Below are positions 1 through 10,005 of a stretch of 64,000 nucleotides of DNA, one piece after another. Within the stretch, counting starts at the first letter, position 1. Every line of letters starts with the position of its first letter. Made by a program: the position numbers and the translations under genes. Under the pieces are notes generated by a model, which was not told the DNA's origin, ran no database searches, and saw only the letters and a list, made by a program, of their open reading frames with translations. Origin of the DNA: Spirochaetales bacterium (GTDB taxonomy: Bacteria > Spirochaetota > Spirochaetia > Treponematales > UBA12059); NCBI GenBank assembly GCA_016928955.1, contig JAFGJV010000048.1, forward strand, positions 1 to 64,000, read 5' to 3'.

Positions 1-207
1 GTCGCCGTGCGGGTGGTACTTCATGCACGAGCCGACGATGTTGGCGACCTTGTGGAACTTGCCGTCGTCCGCCTCGAACAGGGTGTGGAGTATGCGCCGC
101 TGGACGGGCTTGAGGCCGTCGTCCAGATCCGGTATGGCGCGGTCCTTGATCACGTAGCTGGCATAGTAGAGAAAATTGTCCCTGAAGAGCTTCTTGACGT
201 AAGCCAT
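1..207 (-). CDS. parC: DNA topoisomerase IV subunit A, N-terminal part (runs off the window edge)
   Basis: Not in ORF track. Manual minus-strand translation from ATG at 207 gives [41 protein letters not shown]...YHPHGD, with GyrA/ParC motifs DGLKPVQRR and YHPHGD. Lies directly downstream of parE. Confidence 0.9.
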   Translation of the reverse strand, partial: MAYVKKLFRDNFLYYASYVIKDRAIPDLDDGLKPVQRRILHTLFEADDGKFHKVANIVGSCMKYHPHGD

Positions 208-260
208 CCTATCACCTTGTTTTCAGTAGTGGCGGCGAGACGGGCCTGAAGGCCCGGCCC

Positions 261-2072
261 TTACAGATCGTTGACCAGGTTCTCCATAATGAAGCCCCGG
301 CGCTCCGGGGTGTTCTTGCCCATGTAAAAGCCCAGGATCTCGGGAACCGTCTTGAGCGTCTGCACGTCAACCGTGACCAGGCGCATGTCGTCGCCTATGA
401 ACTGGCCGAATTCTTTGGGGCTGATCTCTCCAAGGCCCTTGAACCGCGTCACCTCGGCGTTCGATCCGAGGCGGGTCGCCGTGTCGTCCCGCTCCCTAGC
501 GCTGTAGCAATACACGGTTTCCTTCTTGGTACGCACGCGGAATATGGGCGTCTCCAGAATGAACACGCGCCCCTGGGTGACCAGCTCCTCGAAAAATGTC
601 AGGAAAAACGTAAGCAGGAGTATGCGTATGTGGAAACCGTCGTAGTCGGCGTCCGTGGCAATGACGATGCGTCCGTAGCGCAGGCCTTCGATGTCGTTCT
701 CGATGCCGAGGGCCATCATCATGTTGTACAGCTCCTCGTTTTTGTATATGGCCGTGCGCTTCATGCCGTACATGTTCTCAACCTTGCCGCGCAGGCTGAA
801 GATGGCCTGGGTGTACACGTCCCGCGCAGACACCATGGAGCCGGACGCCGACTGGCCCTCGGTCAGGAAGATGGTGGAGTGCTCGCCGTCGCCCCCGTCG
901 TCCAGGTGGAGCTTGCAGTCCTTCAGGTTGGGTATCTTAAGCTCGATTTTCTTGGCGGCCTCCCGGGCCTCCTTCTTCACGATGTTGAGTTCGGTCCTGA
1001 GCTTCTCGTTATGGGCTATCTTGTCCTGGAGGCGCTTGGCCGCCGTGGGGTTGCGCCTGAGATACTCGTCAACGCCGCGCTTCACTTCCTGGAGTATCCA
1101 GGGCTTGATGTCGCCATTCCCCAGCTTGTTCTTGGTCTGGCTCTCAAACATGGGATTCTTGAGCTTGACCGCCACCGCCGCGGCTATGCCCTCGCGCACG
1201 TCCTCGCCCCGGTAGGACGCCTGGAAAAATTCGTTGACCGCCTTGAGAAAGCCCTCCCTGAAGGCGGACAGGTGGGTGCCGCCGTCCGACGTGAACTGGC
1301 CGTTGACGAACGAGAAATACTCCTCGCCGTAGTTGTTGGTGTGGGTGAAGGAGAATTCCATCTTGTCGCCGCGCCAGTAGCCGGCGTCGTACAGCACGTC
1401 GTCGCCCGTTTCGTCCTTAAGCAGGTCCAGAAGGCCGTTCTCGCTACGGAATTCCTGCCCGTTCAGGTCCAGGGTCAGTCCCGAATTCAGGTAGGCGTAG
1501 TGGCGCATGCGTTTTTCAACAAACTCCATGTTGTACGCAAACTCGCCGAAAATATCGGGGTCGGGCGTGAACTCCACGAGGGTGCCGTCCGGCTCCCTGC
1601 CCGCCGCTCCTTCCTTTTTTCCGAGCAGCTGTCCGCGCTCGAACCTGGCCTCAAAAAAACGGCCTTCCCGGTAGGACACCACGCGGAAGCTGGACGACAA
1701 TGCGTTGACGGCCTTGGTGCCCACCCCGTTGAGGCCCACGGAAAACTGGAACACGTCGTCATTGTACTTGGCGCCGGTATTGATCACCGACACGCACTCA
1801 ACCACCTTGCCCAGGGGTATGCCCCGGCCACGGTCTCGGACGCTGACCACGCCGTCCTTCAGGGCCACGGTGATGCGCTTGCCGTAGCCCATGATGAATT
1901 CGTCCACGGCGTTGTCCACCACTTCCTTAAGAAGGATGTATATGCCGTCATCCGGGTTGGCGCCGGAGCCCAGGCGCCCGATATACATGCCGGTGCGGAG
2001 CCGTATGTGCTCGAGGGATGAGAGTGTCTTGATCTTGGATTCGTCGTATTGATGCGAGCCCGTTCGTGCCAT
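261..2072 (-). CDS. parE: DNA topoisomerase IV subunit B
   Basis: GHKL motifs (EVVDNAVDE, GRGIP, GLNGVG), TOPRIM motifs (EGQSA, LRGK, DADYDG) and RFKGLGE; 603 aa. Confidence 0.9.
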   Translation of the reverse strand: MARTGSHQYDESKIKTLSSLEHIRLRTGMYIGRLGSGANPDDGIYILLKEVVDNAVDEFIMGYGKRITVALKDGVVSVRDRGRGIPLGKVVECVSVINTGAKYNDDVFQFSVGLNGVGTKAVNALSSSFRVVSYREGRFFEARFERGQLLGKKEGAAGREPDGTLVEFTPDPDIFGEFAYNMEFVEKRMRHYAYLNSGLTLDLNGQEFRSENGLLDLLKDETGDDVLYDAGYWRGDKMEFSFTHTNNYGEEYFSFVNGQFTSDGGTHLSAFREGFLKAVNEFFQASYRGEDVREGIAAAVAVKLKNPMFESQTKNKLGNGDIKPWILQEVKRGVDEYLRRNPTAAKRLQDKIAHNEKLRTELNIVKKEAREAAKKIELKIPNLKDCKLHLDDGGDGEHSTIFLTEGQSASGSMVSARDVYTQAIFSLRGKVENMYGMKRTAIYKNEELYNMMMALGIENDIEGLRYGRIVIATDADYDGFHIRILLLTFFLTFFEELVTQGRVFILETPIFRVRTKKETVYCYSARERDDTATRLGSNAEVTRFKGLGEISPKEFGQFIGDDMRLVTVDVQTLKTVPEILGFYMGKNTPERRGFIMENLVNDL

Positions 2073-2079
2073 GCCGGCG

Positions 2080-2108
2080 ACTATAGCACGCGCGGGCCCC
2101 CGTTGAAA
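2080..2108 (-). promoter_or_regulatory. sigma70-type promoter of parE, probably leaderless
   Basis: TTTCAA-N17-TATAGT with extended -10 TG; the -10 box is 7 nt before the ATG at 2072. Confidence 0.5.
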
Positions 2109-2129
2109 AGTTCGGCCTCCGGGCAGACG

Positions 2130-3053
2130 CTAGCCGCGTTCCATGGCCGCCAGCTCGGCCGCCAGCTCAGCCGCCAGACGGGCGTTGTTCTTGACCAGGG
2201 CTATGTTGGACTCAAGGCTGTCTCCCCCGGTCAGGTCCTTGACGCGGGCCAAGAGGAAGGGCGTGACGTCCTTGCCACGCACGCCCGTAGCCTCCGCCTC
2301 GGCCACGGCGCGGTCTATGGCCTCGTTGATCACCGCGGGCGCCATCTCGTTGGCGTTGGGTATGGGATTGGCTATCACGGCCCCGCCGGGGAATCCGAGC
2401 CGCCTTTTGGCGAACAGCATGGCGGCTATCGCCTTTGCGTCGTCCATGCGGGCCGGGGCAGGTACGCCCGAGCTGGAGGTGTAGAAGGCCGGAAACTCGT
2501 CCCATCGGTACACAAGCACCGGCACGCCCTTGGTCTCCAGGTATTCCAGGGTCTTGGGTATGTCCAGGATGCTCTTTGCCCCGGCGCACACCACGGCAAC
2601 GTCCGTGCGCGCCAGCTCGTCCAGGTCGGCGGAAACGTCCATGGTGCGCTCCGCGCCACGGTGCACGCCGCCTATGCCCCCGGTGGCAAAAACGCGTATA
2701 TTGGCCATAGCCGCTATGATCATGGTTCCGGCCACCGTGGTTGCACCGTCCGCACCCCCGGCCACTATGCCCGGCAGGTCGCGGCGGCTGACCTTGGCCA
2801 CGGCGTGGCCAGCCTCGCCAAGGCGGCGTATGTCTGCCTCTGTCAGGCCGGCCTTGAGCCTGCCTCCCAGTATGGCTATGGTCGCGGGCACAGCGCCGTT
2901 GTCCCGTATCACCGCCTCGACCTCGAGCGCCGTATCCGCGTTGCGGGGATAGGGCATGCCGTGGGAAATGATGGTCGACTCGAGGGCTACCACGGGCCGG
3001 CCGGCCTTCAAGGCCTGGGCAACCTCGGGCGCGATGTCAAGATAGTCGTTCAC
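2130..3053 (-). CDS. psuG: Pseudouridine-5'-phosphate glycosidase
   Basis: VALESTIISHGMPYP, GATTVA, ATGGIGGVHRG, DVSADL, GAKSILD, GKDVTPFLL. Confidence 0.95.
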   Translation of the reverse strand: MNDYLDIAPEVAQALKAGRPVVALESTIISHGMPYPRNADTALEVEAVIRDNGAVPATIAILGGRLKAGLTEADIRRLGEAGHAVAKVSRRDLPGIVAGGADGATTVAGTMIIAAMANIRVFATGGIGGVHRGAERTMDVSADLDELARTDVAVVCAGAKSILDIPKTLEYLETKGVPVLVYRWDEFPAFYTSSSGVPAPARMDDAKAIAAMLFAKRRLGFPGGAVIANPIPNANEMAPAVINEAIDRAVAEAEATGVRGKDVTPFLLARVKDLTGGDSLESNIALVKNNARLAAELAAELAAMERG

Positions 3054-3984
3054 TATGTGCTCCTTTCGACGCTTCCTCCAAGACGGCCGCGCTGACGCCC
3101 GCGCGTACGGGCTCCGGCGACGCCGCGCACAGGGCGGCCGCCGTTATGGCAAGCACCGCCGCTTTTTCCGCTGTATACCCCAGGGCCGCTGACCACGCAA
3201 GGGCGGCTCCCGCCGCGTCACCGGCTCCGGACACGTTGACGACCGGCATGTCCGGCGGCAGCGCCCTGCCCTCTCCTTCCGGCGACGACCAGGCCAGCCC
3301 GCCGGGCCCGAGGCTCACGAACACGGCGCCCGTGCCCCGTTTCCGGATTTCCCGGGCGGCGGCCAGGGCTTCTGCAAGGCCACCTGGCTGAAAGCCGGCC
3401 AGGGCCGCGGCCTCCGCTCGGTTGGGCTTCAGCATGGCCAGATGAGGCAAGGCGGAGAGCGCCCTGGGAGCCTTGGCCACCGACACCGGGTCCAGGATCA
3501 CCGGCTTGTCCCGCCAGCGCGCTGCCGCCGCTGCCAGGGTGTCGGCCGGCAGGTTGGCGTCCAGGACCAAGGCGTCCGCCTCATCGCCGGCCGTGGCCAG
3601 TCGCAACAGTTCATCGGGACCGAACCGGTCTATGGCGTCCATGTCGGCCACGGCGCCCACCAGGGTACCGTCGGCGTCCAAGAGGCAGAGATAGCGGCAG
3701 CTCGGCAGCCCGGATACGGCAAGCGACCGCGAGCAATCCACGCAGCGGGCGGCGCAGTCTGCTTTCAGCATGGCCGCTTCGTCGTCGTCCCCAAAGACGC
3801 TGACCAGGCTCACGCGAGCGCCGAGGCCAGCCAGGTTGGCGGCCAGGTTGCGACCCACCCCGCCCGCCGCTACGCCCACCGAGCCGGGATTGGAGTCACC
3901 CGCCCGGTACGCAGACGCGCACCGCGCCTGTATGTCCACGTTGATCCCGCCGTACACGGCAATGCGCGGCGTCGTGCCGTCCAT
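3037..3984 (-). CDS. psuK: PfkB-family kinase, probable pseudouridine kinase
   Basis: GGINVD, DSNPG, GGVGRN, KPNRAEA, NVSGAGDA; overlaps psuG. Start moved to ATG 3984, which follows a GGAGGT RBS. Confidence 0.85.
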   Translation of the reverse strand: MDGTTPRIAVYGGINVDIQARCASAYRAGDSNPGSVGVAAGGVGRNLAANLAGLGARVSLVSVFGDDDEAAMLKADCAARCVDCSRSLAVSGLPSCRYLCLLDADGTLVGAVADMDAIDRFGPDELLRLATAGDEADALVLDANLPADTLAAAAARWRDKPVILDPVSVAKAPRALSALPHLAMLKPNRAEAAALAGFQPGGLAEALAAAREIRKRGTGAVFVSLGPGGLAWSSPEGEGRALPPDMPVVNVSGAGDAAGAALAWSAALGYTAEKAAVLAITAAALCAASPEPVRAGVSAAVLEEASKGAHSERLS

Positions 3985-4034
3985 CCTACCTCCAAGCGGG
4001 GGCCCGCCTTGCCCTCCGGGCCCGCCTTCATTAC

Positions 4035-4062
4035 AGTATAGCCGGGCGGACGCCGTTGCCAA
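4035..4062 (-). promoter_or_regulatory. sigma70-type promoter of psuKG
   Basis: TTGGCA-N16-TATACT, about 50 nt upstream of the psuK start. Confidence 0.5.
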
Positions 4063-4080
4063 GCCGCGCCCGACCCTTCA

Positions 4081-4124
4081 CAGGATGTTGAAAAGCCGAT
4101 GGCGGCTTTTTTAACAGCCTGCTA
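4081..4124. repeat. Short inverted-repeat element (IS-end/MITE-like)
   Basis: CAGGATGTTGAAAAGCCG-atgg-CGGCTTTTTTAACAGCCTGCTA; related element at 14796-14834. Confidence 0.55.
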
Positions 4125-4223
4125 GAAACGCCGCCGCACCCCGTTGGGTTCCTGGCAGGCGGCGCGGAGAAACCGGAAACGGCTTTCCCGCACTTCAACG
4201 ACCGTTTTCCGGCGAGGCCACGC

Positions 4224-4694
4224 GTGGATCAGATATTCGACCGTCTGGGCAGGCTGCTTAAATCCTTTGTTACCCCGGATGAAGACGACCAGCCCTTCTC
4301 CGAGCCCGGCCGCGGACGCTCGGGCGACCCCTTCCTGGACGATGCCATGGACGAGCTGGACGCCTTCCTGGAAGACGACCGTGAAAAAGCCGAGCGACTG
4401 CGCGCCCAGCGCGACGCACGCGCCCGGGCCGAGGAAGAGCTCAGGGCCAGGAACCGCCCCCACTCGGGACCGCCCAAACGCCTCCTGGACGCGTACGCCG
4501 CCTTGGGCCTATCGCACGGCGCCGATTTTGCCTCGGTCAAGGCAGCCTACAAGCGCCTTCTCAAGGCGCACCACCCGGACAGGCACGGCCATGACCCTGC
4601 CGCCCTCAAGAAAGCCACGGAAACCAGCGCGCGCATCAACGACGCGTACCGGACCATAGAAACATGGATAGAGAAAGGCCGCCTGGATGACTGA
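4224..4694 (+). CDS. J-domain (DnaJ-like) protein
   Basis: C-terminal AYAALGL...VKAAYKRLLKAHHPD...INDAY with the HPD motif; GTG start. Confidence 0.85.
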   Translation: MDQIFDRLGRLLKSFVTPDEDDQPFSEPGRGRSGDPFLDDAMDELDAFLEDDREKAERLRAQRDARARAEEELRARNRPHSGPPKRLLDAYAALGLSHGADFASVKAAYKRLLKAHHPDRHGHDPAALKKATETSARINDAYRTIETWIEKGRLDD

Positions 4695-4753
4695 CAGGCT
4701 ACTGGGAACCTCTTGTTTTGCTCGTACCCTGCGCCGGCATGGGAACAAAGCCC

Positions 4754-4781
4754 TCAAGGGCATAGCTGGCGTTGCCGATAA
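4754..4781 (+). promoter_or_regulatory. sigma28 (FliA)-type promoter of fliS
   Basis: TCAA-N16-GCCGATAA upstream of the fliS RBS (GGAGG). Confidence 0.75.
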
Positions 4782-4814
4782 ATGTAAAGAACGTATATCG
4801 GGAGGGGGCTCGAC

Positions 4815-5237
4815 ATGAACCAGAATCCGTTAGCCGCGTACCGCGAAACCCGCGTCAAGACCGCGAGTCCTGGCCAGCTGGTCGTCATGCTCTACGAGGA
4901 AGCGGTCAAACAGTGCGACCGCGCCGTGGAACTCCTTTCCAAGGGCCCCAAACCGGCCGATATCGAGCGCTGCGGGACGATCATACTCCATGTCCAAGAC
5001 ATCATCACCGAGCTGATGGCCAGCCTGGACTTTGAGGCAGGCGGCCAGCTTGCCCACGACCTTTTCTCCCTGTATGTGTATTTCAACCGCGAGCTCATGG
5101 AAGCCAACATCGCCAAGGACGCCTCCCGGGTCCGCTCAATCCGCGACCTCCTGGACGAGCTCCGGGGCGCATGGGCCGTGGCAGCCACCCAGGCCCAGGG
5201 CTCCGAACGGGTCCAGGGCGTCAACATAGCCGGATAG
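4815..5237 (+). CDS. fliS: Flagellin export chaperone FliS
   Basis: AYRETRVKTASPGQLVVMLY, QDIITELMASLDFEAGG, LFSLY, ELRGAW. Confidence 0.95.
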   Translation: MNQNPLAAYRETRVKTASPGQLVVMLYEEAVKQCDRAVELLSKGPKPADIERCGTIILHVQDIITELMASLDFEAGGQLAHDLFSLYVYFNRELMEANIAKDASRVRSIRDLLDELRGAWAVAATQAQGSERVQGVNIAG

Positions 5238-5242
5238 CCCCC

Positions 5243-5713
5243 ATGGCGCGGACGCTTCCGAAAGCCGAGCTGGACGAACGGGTAGCCGTCCTTAAACGCT
5301 TCCGCGAGCTTCTGGCCCGGCAACGGGACAAGTTCCAGGCCTATCTCGAGCTCCTGGACCGCCAGAAAAGCGATATAGAACGCGACGACGTGGACGCCCT
5401 GGTGGCCCATGTCGAGCTCGAGCAGGGCATAGTCGCGGAGCTGTACTCCGTGCAGAAGGTCATAGACCCCCTTGAGGACATGTACCGCGTCGCCTACGCG
5501 GGGGCAGAGCCCGAGGGCATCACCGAGCTCAAGGGCACCCTGGACACCCTCAAGGAAGAAGTCGCCGCCCGCAACGCCGAGAACCGCTCCCTCCTCCGCC
5601 AGCGCATGGACATGCTCAGGCACAAGATCATGTCCATCAGCAATCCATACACCAAAAAAAAGAGCGTATACGCCGACCAGCCCGAACCCACCGCCTTGGA
5701 CATCAAGGGCTGA
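5243..5713 (+). CDS. flgN: FlgN-family flagellar chaperone-like protein
   Basis: Helical protein (YLELLDRQKSDIE...NRSLLRQRM) just after fliS; start moved to ATG 5243. Confidence 0.65.
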   Translation: MARTLPKAELDERVAVLKRFRELLARQRDKFQAYLELLDRQKSDIERDDVDALVAHVELEQGIVAELYSVQKVIDPLEDMYRVAYAGAEPEGITELKGTLDTLKEEVAARNAENRSLLRQRMDMLRHKIMSISNPYTKKKSVYADQPEPTALDIKG

Positions 5714-5742
5714 CCCCCAGCCATAAGCCAGCGCGTAAACGC

Positions 5743-5771
5743 TTGCCCCCGCACCGCCATGAGGCTATGCT
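5743..5771 (+). promoter_or_regulatory. sigma70-type promoter of polA, probably leaderless
   Basis: TTGCCC-N17-TATGCT, then 6 nt to ATG 5778. Confidence 0.6.
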
Positions 5772-5777
5772 GGGCGC

Positions 5778-8543
5778 ATGGAAGCCCTGTACCTATTGGA
5801 CGCGTACGGTATCATCTACCGATCGTATTACGCCTTCATTTCCCGTCCCTTGCGGAGCCCGTCGGGGCGCAACGTGTCGGCTGTATTCGGATTTTTCCGT
5901 TCCCTGTTCCAGCTGTGGGACCAGTTCAAGCCAGGGGCCCTGGCAGCCGTGTTCGACTCCCGCGTGCCCACGTTCCGCCACGCCATGTACGACGCGTACA
6001 AGGCAACCAGGCAGAAAACGCCCGAGGACCTCCACGAGCAGGTCCCGCTGGTGGAAGAAGCCCTGAAGCTTCTCGGGGTGAGCGTCCTGCGCGAGGACGG
6101 CTTTGAGGCGGACGACCTTATAGCCGCCCTGGCCGAGCGTTGCAGGGCCGAAGGGCGGCCGTGCTATATCGTGTCGGGCGACAAGGACCTTCTCCAGCTG
6201 GTCGGCGGACCGGTCAAGGCCCTGCGGCCGGACAGGGACCAGGGCTTTCTGGTCCTGGGCGAGGCCGAGGTACACGCCGAGTGGGGAGTGCCGCCCCAGC
6301 GCATCCTGGACTACCTGTCCCTGACCGGAGACGCGTCGGACAACGTACCCGGCGTCCCGGGCGTGGGCGACAAGACGGCGCTCAAGCTCCTTGGCGAGTT
6401 CGGGTCCTTTGACGCCATCTGGGAGCGCCTGGACGAGGTCAAGCCGGACAGTCTGAAAAAGAAACTGGAAGCCGGCAAGGAAAGCGCCCATCTATCCCGC
6501 CGCCTGATAACGCTGGCGGCGGACGCCCCCCTGCCCCAGCCCGGCGTTTCCTGGCTGGAAGTGGCAGCCCTGGACAGGGACGCGGCCAGCGCCGTGTTCA
6601 TGCGCGAGGGCATGAGGAGCCTGGCCACGCGCAAGGCTGCGGACGGCCTCTTGGTGCCGCCGCCCGGGGCCAGGGAGGCGGCAGGGCCCCGGGCGGCGCA
6701 GGCACAGCCTGTGTCCCAGGAACTCTTCCCGGCTCCCGCCCTGCCCCCTGAATTTTCCCGCCCCGGCTCCTGGGAGGCCGTAACCGATCCCGACAGGTTG
6801 CGCGACTGGGTCAAACGCGCGCGCAAGGCCGGGACCTTCGCGTTCGACTGCGAGACGGACAGCCTGGACGAGATGCGCGCCCTGCCCGTGGGTTTCTCCC
6901 TGGCCGTGGAACCCTGCTCGGCCTGCTACGTGCCCCTGTCGTCCCCGGACGCCGAGTGTCTGTCAGCGGACGACGCCCGAGCCATAGTGGCCCCTCTGCT
7001 TGGCGATCCTGCGCTGTGCATGGTCGGCCAGAACCTCAAATTCGACACGCATGTTATGGAAAACTGGGGCTGCGCTGTCCGATGCAAACCCTGGGACACC
7101 ATGATAGCCGCCTGGCTTATAGACCCCGAGCGCGATTCCCTCAAGCTGGAAGCCCTGGCCCAGGGCTGGTTGGGCTTTGCCGGCACCAGTTACGTGGATG
7201 TCGTGCCCAAGGGCTCCGTGTTCTCGTCGGTAGCGCTTGATAAGGCCGCCGCGTACGCCGCCGAGGACGCTGACCTTGCCCTCAGGCTGAAGTCCGTGTT
7301 GGAGCCGGAACTGGAGCGCCGAGGACTCTCGTCACTGATGACCGACCTGGAAATGCCCGTGCTTGGCCTTCTATCGCGCATGGAACGGGAAGGCATACTC
7401 CTGGACAGAACCACGCTCGCCGCCCAGGGCGCGGAACTGGAAAAGGACCTGGCCGCTGTGCAGACCGAGGCGTGGAAGCTGGTTGGCCACGAGTTCAATC
7501 TGAATTCGCCCAAGCAGCTGCAGGACGTGCTCTTTGTGGAGCGCAAGCTGGAATCCGGGAAAAAGACCAAAACAGGCTACAGCACGGACATATCCGTGCT
7601 CGAGGACCTTGCCAGGGACGACCCCGTGCCCGCACTGATACTCCGTCACCGGGGTCTCCAGAAACTCAAGAGCACCTATGTGGACGCCCTCCTGGCCATT
7701 ACGGGGGACGATCCTCGCGTGCGCACCCACTACGTGCAGACCGGCACGGCCACTGGCCGTCTGTCCAGCCGAGACCCCAATCTCCAGAACATACCGGTGC
7801 GCGAGGAGGAAGGCCGCCGCATACGCAAGGCCTTCGTTGCGGCTCCGGGCAAGGTTCTCATATCTGCCGACTATTCCCAGATAGAGCTCGTGGTCTTTGC
7901 CCATCTGTCAGGCGACGAGGAACTGCGCAAAGCGTTCATCGAGGGCGCGGATATACACCGGCGCACGGCCGCCCTGATCCTGGGCAAGCCCGAGGACCAG
8001 GTGAGCCAATCCGAGCGTCGCGCCGCCAAAACCATCAACTTTGGCGTGATATACGGCATGGGCGCCTTCCGCCTGGCGCAGGAGCTGGGCATCAGCCGCT
8101 CCGACGCATCCAAATTCATAGACGCGTATTTTGCCCGCTACTCTGGCGTGGCAGCCTTCGTGCGCGACACCGTGGAAACGGCCAAACGCAACGGCTACGT
8201 GTCGACCATACTGGGCAGGCGCCGGCCGGTTCGCGGCATAGACTCGCGCAACGCGAACGAGCGCCAGGCGGCCGAACGGGTAGCCGTCAACAGCCCGATC
8301 CAGGGCTCGGCGGCCGATATAATGAAGTTGGCCATGCTCAGCGTGGACGACGCCCTGCGCTTACGCTTCCCCGACGCACGCCTCCTCCTGCAGGTGCACG
8401 ACGAGCTGATCATCGAGGCGCCCGCATCCCAGGCCGGTGCCGTCAGCGCGGCCGTGTCCGAGGCCATGGCGTCGGCATACGCCCTGTCGGTGCCTCTGCG
8501 CGTGGGCGTGGAAACGGCGGACAGCTGGGGAGCCATGCATTGA
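5778..8543 (+). CDS. polA: DNA polymerase I
   Basis: 5'-3' exonuclease (FEADD, GDKDL, GDASDNVPGV), 3'-5' exonuclease (FDCET, NLKFD, YAAED) and polymerase motifs (DYSQIEL, AKTINFGVIYG, QVHDEL). Confidence 0.98.
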   Translation: MEALYLLDAYGIIYRSYYAFISRPLRSPSGRNVSAVFGFFRSLFQLWDQFKPGALAAVFDSRVPTFRHAMYDAYKATRQKTPEDLHEQVPLVEEALKLLGVSVLREDGFEADDLIAALAERCRAEGRPCYIVSGDKDLLQLVGGPVKALRPDRDQGFLVLGEAEVHAEWGVPPQRILDYLSLTGDASDNVPGVPGVGDKTALKLLGEFGSFDAIWERLDEVKPDSLKKKLEAGKESAHLSRRLITLAADAPLPQPGVSWLEVAALDRDAASAVFMREGMRSLATRKAADGLLVPPPGAREAAGPRAAQAQPVSQELFPAPALPPEFSRPGSWEAVTDPDRLRDWVKRARKAGTFAFDCETDSLDEMRALPVGFSLAVEPCSACYVPLSSPDAECLSADDARAIVAPLLGDPALCMVGQNLKFDTHVMENWGCAVRCKPWDTMIAAWLIDPERDSLKLEALAQGWLGFAGTSYVDVVPKGSVFSSVALDKAAAYAAEDADLALRLKSVLEPELERRGLSSLMTDLEMPVLGLLSRMEREGILLDRTTLAAQGAELEKDLAAVQTEAWKLVGHEFNLNSPKQLQDVLFVERKLESGKKTKTGYSTDISVLEDLARDDPVPALILRHRGLQKLKSTYVDALLAITGDDPRVRTHYVQTGTATGRLSSRDPNLQNIPVREEEGRRIRKAFVAAPGKVLISADYSQIELVVFAHLSGDEELRKAFIEGADIHRRTAALILGKPEDQVSQSERRAAKTINFGVIYGMGAFRLAQELGISRSDASKFIDAYFARYSGVAAFVRDTVETAKRNGYVSTILGRRRPVRGIDSRNANERQAAERVAVNSPIQGSAADIMKLAMLSVDDALRLRFPDARLLLQVHDELIIEAPASQAGAVSAAVSEAMASAYALSVPLRVGVETADSWGAMH

Positions 8544-9130
8544 TCGTCGGACTGACTGGAGGGTACTGCACGGGCAAAAGCGAGCTGGCCGCCCTCCTGG
8601 CCGAGCGCGGCTGGATCAACGTTGAGATGGACGCCATGGGCCACCGGGCCCTGGAAAACCGCCTGGACCAGGTTGAAAGCCTCCTGGGCCGCGCCCTGCG
8701 CCTGCCGGACGGCCACCCCGACCGCAAGGCCATAGGAACCCTGGTCTTTTCGGACGCGGCCCTGCTTGAGCGCTACGAGGCCATCATCCACCCCGAGATG
8801 GTGCGCCTGTGCGACAGGGCTATAGACCAGGCTCTGGGCGCCGACGGCTCAGGCCGGGTGCTGGTCAACGCGGCCCTTCTGTACCGCCTGCCCCAAGTGG
8901 GCCGTTGCGAGCTGGTCCTGGAGGTACGGGCTCCTCTGCTCCTTCGCCTGCGCCGGAGCGCCCGGAGGGACGGACTGTCCGTATGGGCTGCGCTCAGGCG
9001 CATAGCCTCCCAGCGCAAGCTGTGGAAGCTCGGCCGCCGTCTGGGCAAAAAACGGCGGATTGTGCGGAACGCAGGCAGCCGCGCCGAGCTTGAGCGCCAG
9101 GCCCGCGCCATCCTGGACACTCGGCCCTAA
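8540..9130 (+). CDS. coaE: Dephospho-CoA kinase
   Basis: IVGLTGGYCTGKS P-loop, DRKAIGTLVF, IIHP; TTG start overlapping the polA stop. Confidence 0.85.
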   Translation: MIVGLTGGYCTGKSELAALLAERGWINVEMDAMGHRALENRLDQVESLLGRALRLPDGHPDRKAIGTLVFSDAALLERYEAIIHPEMVRLCDRAIDQALGADGSGRVLVNAALLYRLPQVGRCELVLEVRAPLLLRLRRSARRDGLSVWAALRRIASQRKLWKLGRRLGKKRRIVRNAGSRAELERQARAILDTRP

Positions 9131-9155
9131 CTGCTCGCCGCCTGCCTGCCGATAA
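9128..9155 (+). promoter_or_regulatory. Candidate sigma28-type promoter upstream of the SPOR gene
   Basis: TAAC-N16-GCCGATAA; same -10 box and spacing as the fliS promoter. Confidence 0.5.
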
Positions 9156-9210
9156 TTGAGGTGGCGAGCGCGCTTTGGACAGGCGACGCGGCGCCGGGAG
9201 GGGGCTTTTC

Positions 9211-9924
9211 ATGCCGCTTGAGACCAGAAAGGTCCTGTGGACCGTCGTATCGATAGCCATTGTGCTGGTTGTGGCGTCCGGCATAGCCGTGGTGGCCTTC
9301 CTGCCCAAAGACCAGACGGCCCAGGCTCCGGCCTTCATAGCTGGCAGCGCTCCGCCCCGTACCACGTCCCCTGCGGTCTATATGGCCCAGAACGAGCCGG
9401 CACCCGTACCCAGCGGGACCGAGCCGGCCGCCCCCGTCATCAGCATCACCACGGTACCGTACGGGGAAAAGCCCAGCCCCGAGGTTCTGTCCGGCACGGT
9501 TACGACCACGACCAGCGCCCCGGCTGCCGCATCCGCCACTCCGTCCGGAACCTCATACACGCCCGCGCCTCCTGTTCCGTCCGGCGCCACCTCGACCAAA
9601 CCAACGAGTCCCTCTACCACGGTCAAGCCGGCATCAAAACCCGCCGTGGCTACGAGCGCCCCAAAGACGGTCACGGTGACCGAATACTGGATACAGGCTG
9701 CCAGTTTCTCGAGCCGTTCGCGGGCGGAGGATTTCCAGCGCGACCTGGCGGCCAGAAGCCTTGCGTCGATCATCACCATGAAGGACGTAGACGGGGTCAC
9801 CTGGTACCGCATACGCATCGGCCCCTACGGCACCAAAAGCGAGGCTGATGGCTGGTTAGGCAAGGTCCGCGCCCTGCCCGGCTGCGACGAGGCATACGTG
9901 TCCATGCAAAGCGCCCAGCGCTAA
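9211..9924 (+). CDS. Membrane-anchored SPOR-domain protein
   Basis: N-terminal TM helix, Pro/Thr/Ser linker, C-terminal YWIQAASFS...WYRIRIGPY SPOR domain. Confidence 0.85.
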   Translation: MPLETRKVLWTVVSIAIVLVVASGIAVVAFLPKDQTAQAPAFIAGSAPPRTTSPAVYMAQNEPAPVPSGTEPAAPVISITTVPYGEKPSPEVLSGTVTTTTSAPAAASATPSGTSYTPAPPVPSGATSTKPTSPSTTVKPASKPAVATSAPKTVTVTEYWIQAASFSSRSRAEDFQRDLAARSLASIITMKDVDGVTWYRIRIGPYGTKSEADGWLGKVRALPGCDEAYVSMQSAQR

Positions 9925-10005
9925 ACTGATAGCCCTATCGAGCGCACCCCTTCCCTGGCGGCCTTTCCTTTGGTACTTTAATCCTGGCTCGGGGAGGCCT
10001 GCGGC

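Noticed and set aside
7..249. 80-aa plus-strand ORF
   Set aside because: Antisense shadow of the parC 5' end.
7472..8539. Apparent 552-aa CoaE with a long N-terminal extension (likewise 22805, 40207, 46759-48255, 50698)
   Set aside because: Open-frame extension over the upstream gene; the real starts lie at or next to the upstream stop codon.
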